Below, one piece after another: positions 11,338-24,100 of a stretch of 64,000 bases of DNA. How positions within the stretch are numbered: position 1 is the first letter of the stretch; each line of letters begins with the position of its first letter. The position numbers were made by a program, and so were the translations under genes. The stretch is from Williopsis jadinii (lineage: Eukaryota): assembly GCA_024346625.1 (NCBI GenBank), contig AP024664.1, forward strand, positions 2,852,001 through 2,916,000, written 5' to 3'. The notes under the pieces were generated by a model. The model was not told the origin of the DNA. It worked only from the letters and a program-made list of their open reading frames with translations, and did no database searches.

Positions 11338-12251
11338 ATGTCAAAGATCGTTGTTCTTGGAGGAGCAGGGTTCCTAGGTTAGTTTTCACCTCATTTTTTG
11401 CCCCTTCATGGTTATACTGACCTCAATTCACTCAACAGGTAAGCGTATATGTCAGGCAGGTGTCAATGCGGGCTTTCAAGTGACCTCCCTTACGTTAGTA
11501 TTTCCATTTTCTCTGATTGAACAGCTTGGCCACTAACCTGTCCATAACATCTAGCCGTTCAGGTAAGCCTCCAAGAGGTGTGACTCATCACGATGCCCAC
11601 TGGTTAACCAAAGTTCAATGGCAAAGTGCAGATCTGTTTGACCCGTCTAGTTATAAACACCATCTCGTCGATGCCCATACTGTGGTGCATTCTGTTGGAA
11701 TCCTATTAGAGAACCAGAACTACAAAACTGCCGTCAATTCCAACTCGTCCGTACTCTCTGAATTTGTGAACTTTGTTAAACCTTCTAATCCATTAGCAAA
11801 GATTCCACGTAATACGTACTCTGAGGTGAATAGAGACTCGGCCTTGTTACTGGCCGAGACATATGTCGCCGAGACAAAAGTTGATTCACCATCTTTCGTT
11901 TACATATCTGCTGATCGAGGATTCCCAGGGCTTCCCTCAGGTTATATCACTTCAAAGAGAGAAGCCGAAGTGGAACTCTCACTTTTGAAAGGCTTGAAAT
12001 GTCTATTTGCCAGACCGGGTTTTATGTTTGATGAGGACGTCCATGATGATACCATGCGTGAGACAATTCATAAATTTGTTGATGCCCTGGACTGGGGAAA
12101 TAAAACTCTACTCGGTAGTCGTATCCCTGTGTTGAATGATCTGGTCAGACCAACTATATCAACCCAAAGAGTTGCCCATGAAATTGTTGATAGCATCCAG
12201 AGTAACAGGTTCAACGGTGTTTTAAGTCTTGATGAGATGTTACATGAATAA
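11338..12251 (+). CDS. COQ11: Atypical SDR/NAD-binding protein Coq11; exons 11338-11377, 11439-11493, 11555-12251
   Basis: Two GTTAGT introns (branch points TACTGAC and CACTAAC) give MSKIVVLGGAGFLGKRICQAG...SLTRSGKP. Later motifs VVHSVGIL, FVYISAD, GYITSKREAE and RPGFMFD. 263 aa. Confidence 0.88.
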
Positions 12252-12294
12252 AAGAACCATTCTCTGAAGATTGATGAATACACGCCTATATACT

Positions 12295-14013
12295 CTATTT
12301 CTTTGCTCTGAATGTTTTTAGAGGATCGTTCTTGTTTCCTTTCTTCTTCCCGCGTCTCTTATTGACTCTATTCTTGTGGAATGGAACGAATCCAATATTC
12401 GACTTTGAGCTTCTCGCACCTTCAGGTAAGAGATAATCTGGAACTCTTTTCAAATGCGTCTGAACCTTTGCAGAGTGTAGCTCCTTGTCATGTCTCAAAG
12501 ATGCTAAGTCCTCTGGGTTTTCTTCAAAATGTCTCTTCAATTTTTCATTGGTCAACAGTTCGTTCTTCAGCTCCTTCACCCTGGCTTCTCTGATAGCCAC
12601 TTGGGTAACTGCTCTGAATGCATCTTCTGATCTGTAACGGAACCCCTCGACTTGCTTCATGTCAAATTGATATGGCTTGACTTCAAACCCCAATTTACCC
12701 TGTTGTTTCAAGATACGACGAAGAATCTTTTCGTCCTTCTTAGCAGTCTTCAACGAGGCAACCTTGTGTTTGCCAAATTCCTTATCAGGTATCACAAAGG
12801 ACAGAGAGATACCACTCTTTCCTGCACGTGCAGTTCTACCAATACGGTGGACATAAGACTTTGCCGTTGTTGGAAGGTCAAAGTTCAAGACACATGCAAC
12901 GTTTTTGAAATCAACACCACGAGATACACCATACTCTTTATCCTGTTTGGATTTGATATTAACATGTTTTGGTTCCTTTGTTTCATCTTGCTCTTGTTCT
13001 TCATCTTCTTCCTCATCAACCTCCCTGATGTGATCCGAATCGTCGGTTGCAATCAACAAGTTGTACACGTTCTTGTTGAATTCATCGACAATGTGTAGTC
13101 TAGAATTGACAGGCAATTCAGAATTAAGAATACACGACTTCACACCAAACTGTTCCAAGAACAATTTCAGTCTGTAACCTCTGTCTATGTTGTTGACGAA
13201 AATCAACGTTTTGCCCTTGATCAGATGAAGTTTGAAAATGACATAGGCCAAAAGGAACTTATCAAATTCTGTAGTTCTAGCGTAGTACTGTACCAGTTTA
13301 GACTTGTTGTTGAGCTCATCGTCGTTCAACTTGAGCACTGCAGGTAAACGACAGAACTTTGCCTTTAAATCGTTAATGTCCTCGTTCAGTGTTGCAGACA
13401 TGAGGAAGGTTTGCAATGTCTTCAGCGGCAAATAGTTTGCCAGTTTGTCCAAATCATCTGAGTAACCATATGAAAGGATCAAATCAACCTCATCGATGAC
13501 CAAATATGTCAGGTTTTGCAACTCGATATTGCCTGTGTTCTTTTCCAAGAAGGACATCAATTTCGAAGGAGTGGAGATTATAACCTCTGGGTTTTCCAAG
13601 AGCAAGGAAGTTTGCACCGAGTCACTCACACCACTGGCTAGGTTCAACAGCTTCACCTCTTTACCACAGAATGCCACCAGTTTCCCCATAAACGAGTGGA
13701 CTTGTGTGGCTAGCTCTCTGGTGGGAACCAAAATGATCGCTTTGATCTCATGTTCCTTCGAATTGCTCTTTTGCGCAAGTATGCTCTGCACCACTGGAAC
13801 AGCATAGGCCACCGTCTTTCCAGAGCCAGTAGATGCCTTTGCGATGATGTCCCTCTTCTCCTGCAAGGCCAATGGAATGGCCTTTGATTGGACCAACGTT
13901 GGGTTCTTGAATCCCAACTGCTTAATGGCCTGGTTCAGACGAGGGTCAAGGCCGAAAGAATCGAAATTGACAGAGCCGTCAATGTAAACATCAGCAACAG
14001 CAACACCAGACAT
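12295..14013 (-). CDS. DBP9: DEAD-box RNA helicase Dbp9
   Basis: ATG at 14013. Motifs [42 protein letters not shown] and C-terminal DPLKTF. Confidence 0.96.
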   Translation of the reverse strand: MSGVAVADVYIDGSVNFDSFGLDPRLNQAIKQLGFKNPTLVQSKAIPLALQEKRDIIAKASTGSGKTVAYAVPVVQSILAQKSNSKEHEIKAIILVPTRELATQVHSFMGKLVAFCGKEVKLLNLASGVSDSVQTSLLLENPEVIISTPSKLMSFLEKNTGNIELQNLTYLVIDEVDLILSYGYSDDLDKLANYLPLKTLQTFLMSATLNEDINDLKAKFCRLPAVLKLNDDELNNKSKLVQYYARTTEFDKFLLAYVIFKLHLIKGKTLIFVNNIDRGYRLKLFLEQFGVKSCILNSELPVNSRLHIVDEFNKNVYNLLIATDDSDHIREVDEEEDEEQEQDETKEPKHVNIKSKQDKEYGVSRGVDFKNVACVLNFDLPTTAKSYVHRIGRTARAGKSGISLSFVIPDKEFGKHKVASLKTAKKDEKILRRILKQQGKLGFEVKPYQFDMKQVEGFRYRSEDAFRAVTQVAIREARVKELKNELLTNEKLKRHFEENPEDLASLRHDKELHSAKVQTHLKRVPDYLLPEGARSSKSNIGFVPFHKNRVNKRRGKKKGNKNDPLKTFRAKK

Positions 14014-14167
14014 CTTCAACTTGGATTATACAGTCTAATTCCCGTGCCAAAGTTGGAAAGTCCTAGACAAATGGGATTATCAGAGCTTCAAGCAGAGTAT
14101 TGGGACCGGGACAGAAGAAAAAAATTGTCCAAAGGGAAAAGTTTTCGAGGCGGTTAGGGACACACGC

Positions 14168-14175
14168 GAGATGAG
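14168..14175. promoter_or_regulatory. PAC element upstream of DBP9
   Basis: GAGATGAG 155 bp upstream of a ribosome-biogenesis gene. Confidence 0.6.
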
Positions 14176-15028
14176 CTTTGACACAAAAAAAAGAGACAAG
14201 GCCCGAAGTTTGGGAGGACATTTTGGGACAAAACAAATTAGAGGTTTAGAAATTGAATAAAATGGGGGTAGTTGTAGCAATTTTTGGTATTTAGCAACTG
14301 GTTAAGGATGTACTGGTGTTTTTCAAATATTTTAAATTGATGGGTGTTTAATGTGCTGTTTTTAGATAATTTTGAGAAGTTACAATCAAATATTTCGGTA
14401 TGTTAATCTCCTTGATCAAAAATCTCATCTGTAAAATATTTATAGCACAACTTGAATTTTAAGGTGCAATTGCCCCAGTTGCAGCTAAATACAACCATAC
14501 AGTGAATAATTCAACCTCTGCACTATAACACCACCCGTGTAATTGTATTATAGCTGCCCCAACGCTAATTATGATATCAGTGCTTATACAACCACCACAT
14601 CCGTACACCAACTAATACTCCTGTAGAGCTCACTGGTACCAGAGCTGCTGTGGCTACGACATCGAGAACCCCAACATCATCCCACCCGGTACACACAATT
14701 GAATCTCCACCAATCAAAAAGTATTACAAACACTCTTCCTTCAACGCAATCTCAATCATTTGTTTTCCAATGAAGCAAAACAAGCAGTTCTCGTCGATGA
14801 ACTGAAGGCCTGCTCATGTTGTCCAGTCAACTTTGACACCGCGACGCACCCCACCAAGGGGCCACAAAAGAGATACGGGAAAATTTTTACAGGGCCCTGC
14901 AAAACGTGTGAATGAAGCAACCAATTTTGAACCATTCTGGTGAACAAAAAGTTGGCTGTGAGAGATTGCCACCGTTTGCTCTTTTTAGCTACACTTCTTT
15001 GCTCCCTTTCCTCGGTTCTCATCTTGTA

Positions 15029-16606
15029 ATGGCTTCAAAAGGTAGCACTCCTGTTCTTCCCTCTGACGGAGAAGACACTCCGTTGCTCTACCATGCACGC
15101 ACTTCTCCTGCTGCGTACCAAGGACTGTCGAACTCACAACAGTTCAGCAGCGATGTTTCTGATTCGGAGGATTTTCACCTAGAGGATTCTAGAAGACCCT
15201 CATTCTTGGGATTCGACTTAACAGGCTCTCATATCAAGCAGTCGAAGGAAACTGATAGGTTGATTATGTACTACCAGAAGAAGTCGCGAGCCAACATTGT
15301 CCGTGAACTGAGACCACAAAAGTTGATTGGGAGGATTGGGCCTCTATACGATTGGCAGTGCTGTTATAAGGAGGAGTCTGAACTGGAGAAGCTGCCGAAG
15401 CGAGTACGATCGTTTTATGAAGATCAAAACTCGTTGATTGAAAAGTACCAGGAGGTTGACAAGTTGTTGGATTCCGGCATCCACCATACCATGATCCAAA
15501 ATTACAGTGAACGTAATGACGGTGAAAACAACGGGAGAAACGGCAGTCAACAGAGCCAGGATAACAACTACCCAGATTTGGATGCAAACTCACACTACAC
15601 GAGTGAACAGGCGTTGAAACCACCACGTCCACAACTGCACAGAAGAGCAAGCGCCGTGCCAGGTGATGTTGATTTGGAAACTGGCAATGTCCTTGGATAT
15701 AACAAGGCTGATGAGATTGCCATGGTGAACTTTGCGATTCTGGTGAATTTCTTTGCCAATATCGTGTTGTTGATTGGTAAGATTGTTGTTGCGATGCTCA
15801 CATCTTCGATCTCTATTTTTGCATCTCTATTGGATTCGGCGTTGGACTTTCTCTCCACTTTGATCATTTATGCTTCAAACACATTGTCACAATCAAAACA
15901 TTCAAAGGATTACCCTGTGGGGAAAAATAGATTGGAACCAATTGGTGTGCTTGTTTTCTCAATCATCATCATAATCTGTTTTGCACAGGTTGGCCTAGAA
16001 GCCACTGAAAGGCTCCTCAATCACCAAGAGGGAGACCCCATCGTTGAGATTGGAACAACGTCAACATTGATTATGCTCGCCACAATCGTTTGTAAGTTGG
16101 GTTGCTATATCTGGTGCAAGTCTATAAAATCAAGCTCTGTGGAGGCATTGACACAGGATGCCTTAGTTGACGTTGTTTTCAACTTCTTTTCTTTGATCAT
16201 GCCACTTCTGGGTCACCATTTCCAAATATTTTGGTTTGATCCTATTAGTGCACTTTTGCTCTCTATTTATATCATTGTCCAATGGACAGTGACATCCGTT
16301 GAGCACATTTCAAATCTCACTGGTAGAAATGCAGACCCCGAAGATTTCAAAGTGATCCTTTATCTCTGCATGAGATTTGCTGAAAAGATCCAAATGATCA
16401 AAGATATTAGTTGTTACCATGTCGGTGATTCCATTAACGTTGAAGTCGACCTCATCCTCGATGGAAGATTAACTCTGAGAGATAGTCATGACATTGCAGA
16501 GGCATTGCAATACACAATAGAGGCTCTCCCAATCATCAACGTTGAACGTGCCTTTGTCCATATCGATTATACAGTCGGTAACTTTAGAGGACATCTCACT
16601 TCATAG
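15029..16606 (+). CDS. Cation diffusion facilitator, Mn-CDF (MTP8-11-like) type
   Basis: Six TM segments with DSALD and DALVD site-A motifs, YPVGKNRLEPIG and SHDIAEALQ...VERAFVHIDY. Likely ATG is 15029; an alternative is 14912. Confidence 0.88.
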   Translation: MASKGSTPVLPSDGEDTPLLYHARTSPAAYQGLSNSQQFSSDVSDSEDFHLEDSRRPSFLGFDLTGSHIKQSKETDRLIMYYQKKSRANIVRELRPQKLIGRIGPLYDWQCCYKEESELEKLPKRVRSFYEDQNSLIEKYQEVDKLLDSGIHHTMIQNYSERNDGENNGRNGSQQSQDNNYPDLDANSHYTSEQALKPPRPQLHRRASAVPGDVDLETGNVLGYNKADEIAMVNFAILVNFFANIVLLIGKIVVAMLTSSISIFASLLDSALDFLSTLIIYASNTLSQSKHSKDYPVGKNRLEPIGVLVFSIIIIICFAQVGLEATERLLNHQEGDPIVEIGTTSTLIMLATIVCKLGCYIWCKSIKSSSVEALTQDALVDVVFNFFSLIMPLLGHHFQIFWFDPISALLLSIYIIVQWTVTSVEHISNLTGRNADPEDFKVILYLCMRFAEKIQMIKDISCYHVGDSINVEVDLILDGRLTLRDSHDIAEALQYTIEALPIINVERAFVHIDYTVGNFRGHLTS

Positions 16607-19249
16607 GAAGAGCCAAAGATATTTTCTTTCTTCTCCGACTATACACTAATTGAACTACACCGCCACTCCAGGTCAATACTGATGGTATTTAACTTGTGGA
16701 AGTGGGATTGTGATGATGAAGATTAATCGGATTAAGTGAATTTGCAATCCTAATATATTCACGTTGTACATGGATCTTCGTGTACGTACATTTATATTCC
16801 TGCTTATAGAGACGCAAAAATGTATAATACCTACAGTGTCTAAATATGTTTGAGCAAATGGTGTAGATGATTGAGTGTTGAATCTGCAGGATAATATAAT
16901 TGTTTTCATGGCTGCCTTCAAGTACCATTTTAGATAACCGTTTACGATGCGATTGTGAATTCCATTATTGTTGAGATGCCTCATCAATTGATTGCTTTCA
17001 GTTAACAGACTTGATCAAAGTAATTGCCAAACTGTGAATCATCTCAGATCGGAAGGTTCCCTAAATAACCCAGTGAGCTGAACTACCAGAAGAATATACA
17101 GGAGATTTTCGCATTCGAAAATCGATTAATGGACTCAATGAAAGAACTAGCAAACTATAATACGCATTGCTCGCAAAAAGACAATGTTTATTACCTAATC
17201 ACTTCCACTCAAGGGTTATCAAGAGGCTGGATATAGAACGTATAGCTCAGCGTTATTTTACAATGTGTCATATCCTTGTGCTCCCGAGTCCTTGCTTGTC
17301 AACAACTAAGGGAAAAAGACCTCTGGTAAGACCACTGCCGATGATCTTGCATAACACCTTTATTAGGAGAAGCATTATGCGTCACACTGCATACGCTTAA
17401 AATGTACATAGTACATATACACCTCAAGTTTACGAGTGCATAAGGATGAAGCTTTCACTGGTGGAGGCTTGAAGTTCTGAATTGCTAACACTTTTCCAAC
17501 GTGCAAGTATCAAGGATCAGACCGCCATACAAGCCACCGTTGACTCGAGCTGAGTCGTACCGCAAGTTTCAATGTTGTGCTTTATGCCTAGCTGGGTAGC
17601 GTTTACATAACCAGCATAGCCCTCCAACACTTTATGGAATTCCAGCTGCAGTGTTTCAGATGCGTTTGACGAGGCTACACAATCCCATTAACCGTTGATG
17701 ATATTGATGACTGTATGCGTTCCGAAACCACAAAGGTTAGTGTAGAGTAAACTTCACTACGTTATATAATATTAAGAAGAAGAATTAGTTACCAGTAGCA
17801 GGGTATAATCATTATGTTACCTATCTTCTGATCATTACTGACATATCTGTATGGTTTGGTCCATTTATACACCGGTTGTACCAGTTTTTCCATCAGTGAT
17901 CTCTTACGAATACTCCTGTTTCTTCCTCGGGTAACGCTAAATAGACTTTAGAAAAATGATATCCGAGAAGCCGGATATCATCATTAGAAGTTACAACACA
18001 CAGTGAGAACGGTCACGGTTCATGGCTCATTAGGTAGTGACTACTCCTGTTTGAGACTGGCAGTAACGGTTCCTGCTTTCACTACCCGTGCTACGCTGAA
18101 TCGCTCATAACTTTGAAAATTTTGATCTTTGTGATGGCACACAGATTAAGGTCCCCATCCTCAACTGTTGGACTTAAAACATTGTCCTAAGAAATGTGAT
18201 AGTTCTGTGCTGTGTTCCATAAGAGTACATCAATATTATAAACATGGTATGACACTATAGCGTTCCGATTAAATGTGACACTAATCGATATCTTGACCCG
18301 ACATATGGCTCTTATGAGCCGTTTTCCTTTGAGTACAGTACTGCTTCAAAACTCCAATTACCCACGGATAGACAAGCGATGTCCTTCGCAGTATGGCTGT
18401 GCTGCCAGCCCCAGGTGATATGAACCGTGGCAGACCGCTCTACATTGGGTCCAAGGAGCGAACCATTTTTGTCGGCAAATAGGCTACAGCCGTATAAAGC
18501 GCGGTGGCTTCTCAAAATAATAAGGCATTCTGACTTGCCCACATGGGGCCTGATATCTCGATATGGATTCTTAGGCTTCAACGTGTTGGTGTTTAGGGTT
18601 GCCTGATGGTGGATTTTTCTGAGAAGATCTAAACCCATGCAGACTCTTTAGCCAATGCTGGAGGGCAAAATGTTGTATAGACTGGGAAACCATGACATGA
18701 CCACATCAGATTACAATCTAATTTAAATTACATATTGTGCATATCTTTATTATTGATCAGATCGACATCGCAGATTATCGCGCTTCAATGATACGACTAT
18801 GGCGTAATGACAAATTGTTACAAATTAGTCACAACAGGACCAGGATTCTAGAATGGTACCACAGTTGCACTTGGCCAAGTTGTCAAGATATTCTTGTACT
18901 TGAATAAGTCCTTCAAGAGGACACTACAGTTGTAGCAAGCAAGAACCAGTTGTATAACGTGTATATAATTCCATAGCAGCTGTCGGCCATTAAAAAGCGT
19001 GCCAACAATTCCAAAAATAAAGACCACCACCCCTAGACAGAACTCCAAAGGGTGGATCAACCAAAGCAAACATTAAGTAAGACCCAAAACAAAACAAAAA
19101 CAATAGAAACAATAATGAAAAAAAAACAAAACAAATACGAAACGATTAAATGAATGAGCGTAAGAGCGAGTAGTGATCATGTAAAAGTAATACGGATGAT
19201 GAATCGTAGTGATAATACATGAAAGGTATTGAGGTACTAGAACCTCAAA

Positions 19250-19360
19250 TGTTGATGACGTTGAAAAAGATGACGACAACAATGATAGTGATGTTAATAA
19301 CAATGATGATGACCATGATGATGGCGATGATGACGGTGACGATGAAGATAATGACAACAT
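19250..19360. repeat. Degenerate (GAT/GAC/AAT)n trinucleotide tract downstream of the GAC1-like gene
   Basis: GATGACGACAACAATGATAGTGATG...GATGATGACGGTGACGATGAAGAT is visible in the sequence. Confidence 0.7.
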
Positions 19361-19451
19361 TGGAAAACGAAAACACCCATTAGAAAATCATACCAACAAG
19401 AGAACCAGCTCTTGCAAATTAGAAAGATAATGAGATAGAATCACATATAAA

Positions 19452-21179
19452 TCAACGGATGAAAACGTTTTCATGACTGTTTGACTTTGGAGCTTCAGAC
19501 TTGAAGAAGCAGTACTTTTGCAGGAAATCGGTGTAAGAAGAATCGTTATTTTTCAAGTTTTCCTTTGAATCCTTTGGTGATACATAGCCAGGTAACGCCA
19601 TTGGCTTGAAAGTAGCATTATGTGAGGTTTTGGCAAATGAAGCTGAGAAAGAAGAAGGGGAAACCTTGTCGAAAGGTGTGCTGCAAACGGTGGAAGGGTC
19701 ACTAACAACACTCTTCACAGTTGGTTGCCAGTATTTGTACTTGTCTGCAGAAGTATTGAAATAGTCAGTGTCATCAGAGAAGTATCTTCCAGAGGTCATA
19801 ACCTTTGGTGGGGAATTGATCTTAGCAGAGACAAAATTCTCGTCAATATACGATGAGCTCTTTGTATGCTTCCTTGGTAGCTTCTGTTTCTTTTTCAATG
19901 TAGACACCAACTGGAAGCGATAGTTCTGACCACCATTGTTGTCGTAATATATATCTTGACCATTACTGACGTACTTGGCACAGAGTTCCACCGAAATTGG
20001 CTGTGAAGAGTTTTTGCGTTGCATACGCTTTGAGTTCATCATAATGGTACTATTTAGATCAATTTCAAAGTTGAACTGATCAGTCATAGAATCGACAGAG
20101 CGAGCATAAGAGGCGGTAACCAAATATATCGAATTCCAGCAATCAGTAGAGAACTTAATCTCAACATATTTCTCAAAATGAATGTTACGAACTTGAACTG
20201 ATCCCACTAGTTGTGTACCTCTAACAGCCAATGAAGTAAGCTTCACAGCTTGAGGTCTATGGTGAATGTTGAAGAAATCATAATTTGTAGCACGTAGCTT
20301 CCATGATGATTGGCGAAGCTTCTTCTTGTATGAGAAGTAATCCTCTTCAGAGTCAGAGTCGTCAGATGATGTGTTAAAGTACGAGGACGACTTGAGGTCA
20401 AAGAAGGCCTTTGGCTCCTCCTCGTAATCGTAGTCAGAACCTGATGGTGAGGACTCTGGTGAGTTGTCCAATGAGATTGACGAGGGCTTTGAATGCTCGC
20501 TGAAAGTCTTAACCTCCAAGTGAGCGGAAAACCGAACTGACTTAGCCGCAGATGGTAATGACTTTGAGCGGTGTAAACCTGGTAATTTGAGGGAGGATTT
20601 CAAACGTCTTGGTTTGCCTAACGTAACATCTGTAGTAGTACTCTCAGTGTCAATATTGGAGTTCAAACTCGACAACGAAGTTGTGGAAAAGTCTTTGGCG
20701 TCCTTTTCCTTTCCAATATTTCCATGTTCAACATGAGCGTTGGAATCTTTTGCGGCGGCTTGTAAATCCAATGTCGAATTTGACGAGGAGAACTTCTGCA
20801 CCATTGTAGCAATAGACGAGTTGGAGTCGTTGTAAATTTTTTGTAATTGCATGCGATCTTTGCTTGCTTCGTCAAACGATGCCAGACTTGATGATGACGA
20901 CATAGTGAGTTCTGGCGTCGTGGTGAAGTCTGAGTTCGAGTTAGCCAAAACCAAGGCATTTTGTGGCTTCAAATGCTCCTGTTCATTATTCAAATTCAAA
21001 AGGAATAGAGACTCCTTTGTCAAGCTTGGTAAACCACCATCCTGTGATGACACTTCAAGAGCGTCAAGTGCCATCGAGAGTGCAAGAGGGTCACAAACAC
21101 GAGGGGTCCGGTTTTGTTGAAATGTGCTTGACTGTTGTTGTGAAGATGCAGTTGACGAAACCACAGAGCTCTTAGTCAT
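19452..21179 (-). CDS. GAC1: Glycogen-targeting PP1 regulatory subunit (Gac1/Pig1/Gip2 family, CBM21 domain)
   Basis: LKSSLK...KSVRF (RVxF motif) and CBM21 motifs GSVQVRNIHFEKYVEIKFS..W and YYDNNGGQNY. Synteny matches PIG1/GAC1. Confidence 0.8.
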   Translation of the reverse strand: MTKSSVVSSTASSQQQSSTFQQNRTPRVCDPLALSMALDALEVSSQDGGLPSLTKESLFLLNLNNEQEHLKPQNALVLANSNSDFTTTPELTMSSSSSLASFDEASKDRMQLQKIYNDSNSSIATMVQKFSSSNSTLDLQAAAKDSNAHVEHGNIGKEKDAKDFSTTSLSSLNSNIDTESTTTDVTLGKPRRLKSSLKLPGLHRSKSLPSAAKSVRFSAHLEVKTFSEHSKPSSISLDNSPESSPSGSDYDYEEEPKAFFDLKSSSYFNTSSDDSDSEEDYFSYKKKLRQSSWKLRATNYDFFNIHHRPQAVKLTSLAVRGTQLVGSVQVRNIHFEKYVEIKFSTDCWNSIYLVTASYARSVDSMTDQFNFEIDLNSTIMMNSKRMQRKNSSQPISVELCAKYVSNGQDIYYDNNGGQNYRFQLVSTLKKKQKLPRKHTKSSSYIDENFVSAKINSPPKVMTSGRYFSDDTDYFNTSADKYKYWQPTVKSVVSDPSTVCSTPFDKVSPSSFSASFAKTSHNATFKPMALPGYVSPKDSKENLKNNDSSYTDFLQKYCFFKSEAPKSNSHENVFIR

Positions 21180-24100
21180 TCTCCCTCCTCAAATGTATAT
21201 TTAGATATCCGTTGTTGTTTTTCCTGTTTTGAGAATAAGAGAAATGCACACGCGGTCAGTTGCAATCCGATTCTGAAAGGGATGCAAAAAACGGGAAAAA
21301 AAACACAAGTGATAAGCGGCAAGCGGAACAAGAAGAAAAAAGACAAAATAGACGGGAAAAGTCCGTGAATCCTTTTCGTCAGAATAGAAAGTTCCTTCTA
21401 ATTCAACAAAGTATCCCCACTGTTAGTTATAATGTGTAACTGTTCAAAGGGAACAGGCGTGTAATAGGGCAAGAACGAAAAAAGAATCAACAAAAGCTAA
21501 GGTGCGGGTAAGCGTGCCTTCAGGTTTCTCTGGGATGCAAGTGTGTGGGATGGAAAAAAGTTGACAATGACAGAGTAATGTAAGGAAAGGAGATGCCAAT
21601 ACAGAAGACCCTCAACACTTCTTTTGCAGCTTGTTAACTTTTTGATGATGTACACAAAGTGGTATTGATCAACAACAAACAAAGGACCAAGGAGTGTTGT
21701 GCGTTTTTTGTAGGAATGGGATTCAAAGGTGTTTTTATAAAGTTGTGGTTTCATTTTTAATCCAAAAAGCTTAAAAATTTTTTTTGGCCTTTCCCCCCCC
21801 TTGAAGAACCTTGGTGGGTAGAGAAAACGCACCTTGCGCAAGTTTTTTTTGTGTCGCCTTATCCTCCTGGAGCTCTGGCTTGATGGCATGCAGGTGTATG
21901 TATAAAGTTGGAGGCAAAGAGGAGGCAAAGAGGAACCAAAGAAGAAGGAGAAGATGCATGAATGTGCATATTGGTTGTACGAGATGTTAACATCTTACAA
22001 AAGGTTAATCTGCATTTGCTAGCATACAGTCGAGAGCTTAAAGCTATGACTGAAGTTGTTGATACTATGAAGATACACATGGGTGATTTTACTACGACTG
22101 TACAAGCCTATGATCGAACATAAATTTAGAGAATACATGCGTAGTTACATTTATCGATTGTTAGGGTGAGAGTAATTATCACAATTATTCTTCAAATTGT
22201 AAACGTGTGGTTTCCTGTCATGAAAAAAGCCACACCACCGAGATGTGTGGTGGGGCCGGTAGGTGGTCAAACAAGTAACGACTCGGGACGAACCTTATAA
22301 CTCGAGCGGAACGGAACACTTAACAGCGTCGCTACACGGAAACAACCCCCCCCCCCCACTACGGGGTACACTAGTTCGAAAAAACAAAACAGAGACAAAC
22401 AGACAGACAAACACGAAAACTCTAAGAAACTCTGTTTTTGGATACGCATGTGCAATCAAACTCTGTTTTCCAAGGTGGAAAATGGCCAGCTTTTCCCCAT
22501 CCTGGTTTATACATTTGCAAGAAGGGTGCCAAGTACCCCAACCGAACCAAACGCCGATTAGCTTGTTTACTCTAATATCAGGATTTGAGGAGTCAGGACC
22601 CAGAAAAATTGAGCTTGTCACTTTGTCAAAGCCTGCATGATCTACACAGCAATAATACCGGACGGACTCAGTTCAAAATAATCGTGTACGCAAAACCAAA
22701 GGTTACCGTGCTATGTTACTTTTCAAGAACTAATTAATTGTGCGGCGTCCGTACACTTTTATCGACCATCTTTTCCTTGTTCCATGGCTTACCTGGCTCA
22801 TGATTTCTGACTACGTCGATATTGACGATGAACCGCGTCAGTTGGTCACAATAACGATAACACACTTTTTTCTCGTCATGATCAGTGCTGACTGACGATC
22901 ACTGAGTCGTAAAACTCGCCACCCACCAGTTCCTGGTACCACCTAGATGTACGTACTACAGACCACACTTTTATCGGACTTTGTTTTCTTTTTTGCTTGC
23001 AGAGAGTTCTGATTGTGTTGAAGGTCTCAAACTACAACATGGAATCACGCAAGAGAAAACCAGTACGAACAATAATGGAACCTCAAAAGCAGGCTAATGT
23101 CTCAGCTTTATAATTTCAGTAGCCATGATTTCACAACCTTGTGAACCCAAATGCCACAGGAGATGTACGTGTTACGTTTTCATCAGCAATGTCGCTTGAA
23201 ATGGACCAGCATCTTCGACAGCAGAATTTCACACCTCTGATTTCGAAACAAACGCGGATTTCAAATTACCCGAGGTGAACAACCAATATTGCGTTAGAAG
23301 TGTGATTCGGATTCTCCATCAAGTTACAAAGATTTTACAACTTAAGACACCTGGTAATTAAGCTTCGTTCGTTTAGTGGTCAGCGTTCATATTATTTTTA
23401 TCATTATTGAACCTGAGATACAAGAGTTGTCACATGTCTTAGCTTAGTACGATGCAGCTACTAGGATTTTTTTGCTGACTCGATCAAGTTCAGCAAGTAA
23501 AAATATTTTTCCCGCTTTCTTTTTTGTTGAGCGGATCGTAGCCAACATCCCTATATTAAATGAAAACTCAACAGCCAAGGACAATTAACCAAAAATAAAA
23601 AGGGTGTGATAAGTGATCATCACGTTGTGCTGAGCTTTATGAGGGGTGTAAAACTTTTGGAAAGTGAAGCGAAGTCAGTCTTGACAGGGTGATCACTGCA
23701 GTAGTCGGATCACTCTCCTTTGGCAATCTGTCGTGCGCTGTGAAACCTTTGTCACTGCAGCAGCTCATAAACTTGTGAACCACCACATTATGCACTCAAT
23801 ATGCTGTACTTTACAGCAAGAGCACACAAATGCAAATTATTACTGTGAAGCAATAACCCCGTCTAGTTTTTCCGTACTGTTGCTACAGTAAAGATTGTAG
23901 ACATTAACGATATAATATAAATAATTGGTTAAGGAAATTTTTTGTTGAGGAACAACGTCGTAAAATTTAAACGAGGAGTGGGTTGTCTACGCTTAGATGT
24001 GTATATCGTACTTTAAAGCTGACACGAAATTGAGTTGGTCTTGGTGCTCAGACTGCTATAAGCAATTTAGTCAGATCAGCACATTTTCCGCTGTGCATTA

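Noticed and set aside
14279..14287. Sm-site-like AATTTTTGG
   Set aside because: No snRNA signature lies upstream, and the match is expected by chance in an AT-rich promoter.
18312..18638. 108-aa ORF in the long convergent gap
   Set aside because: It has no recognisable motif or codon bias.
19073..19360. 95-aa Ser-rich ORF
   Set aside because: It is a by-product of the trinucleotide tract and an A-rich 3' region.
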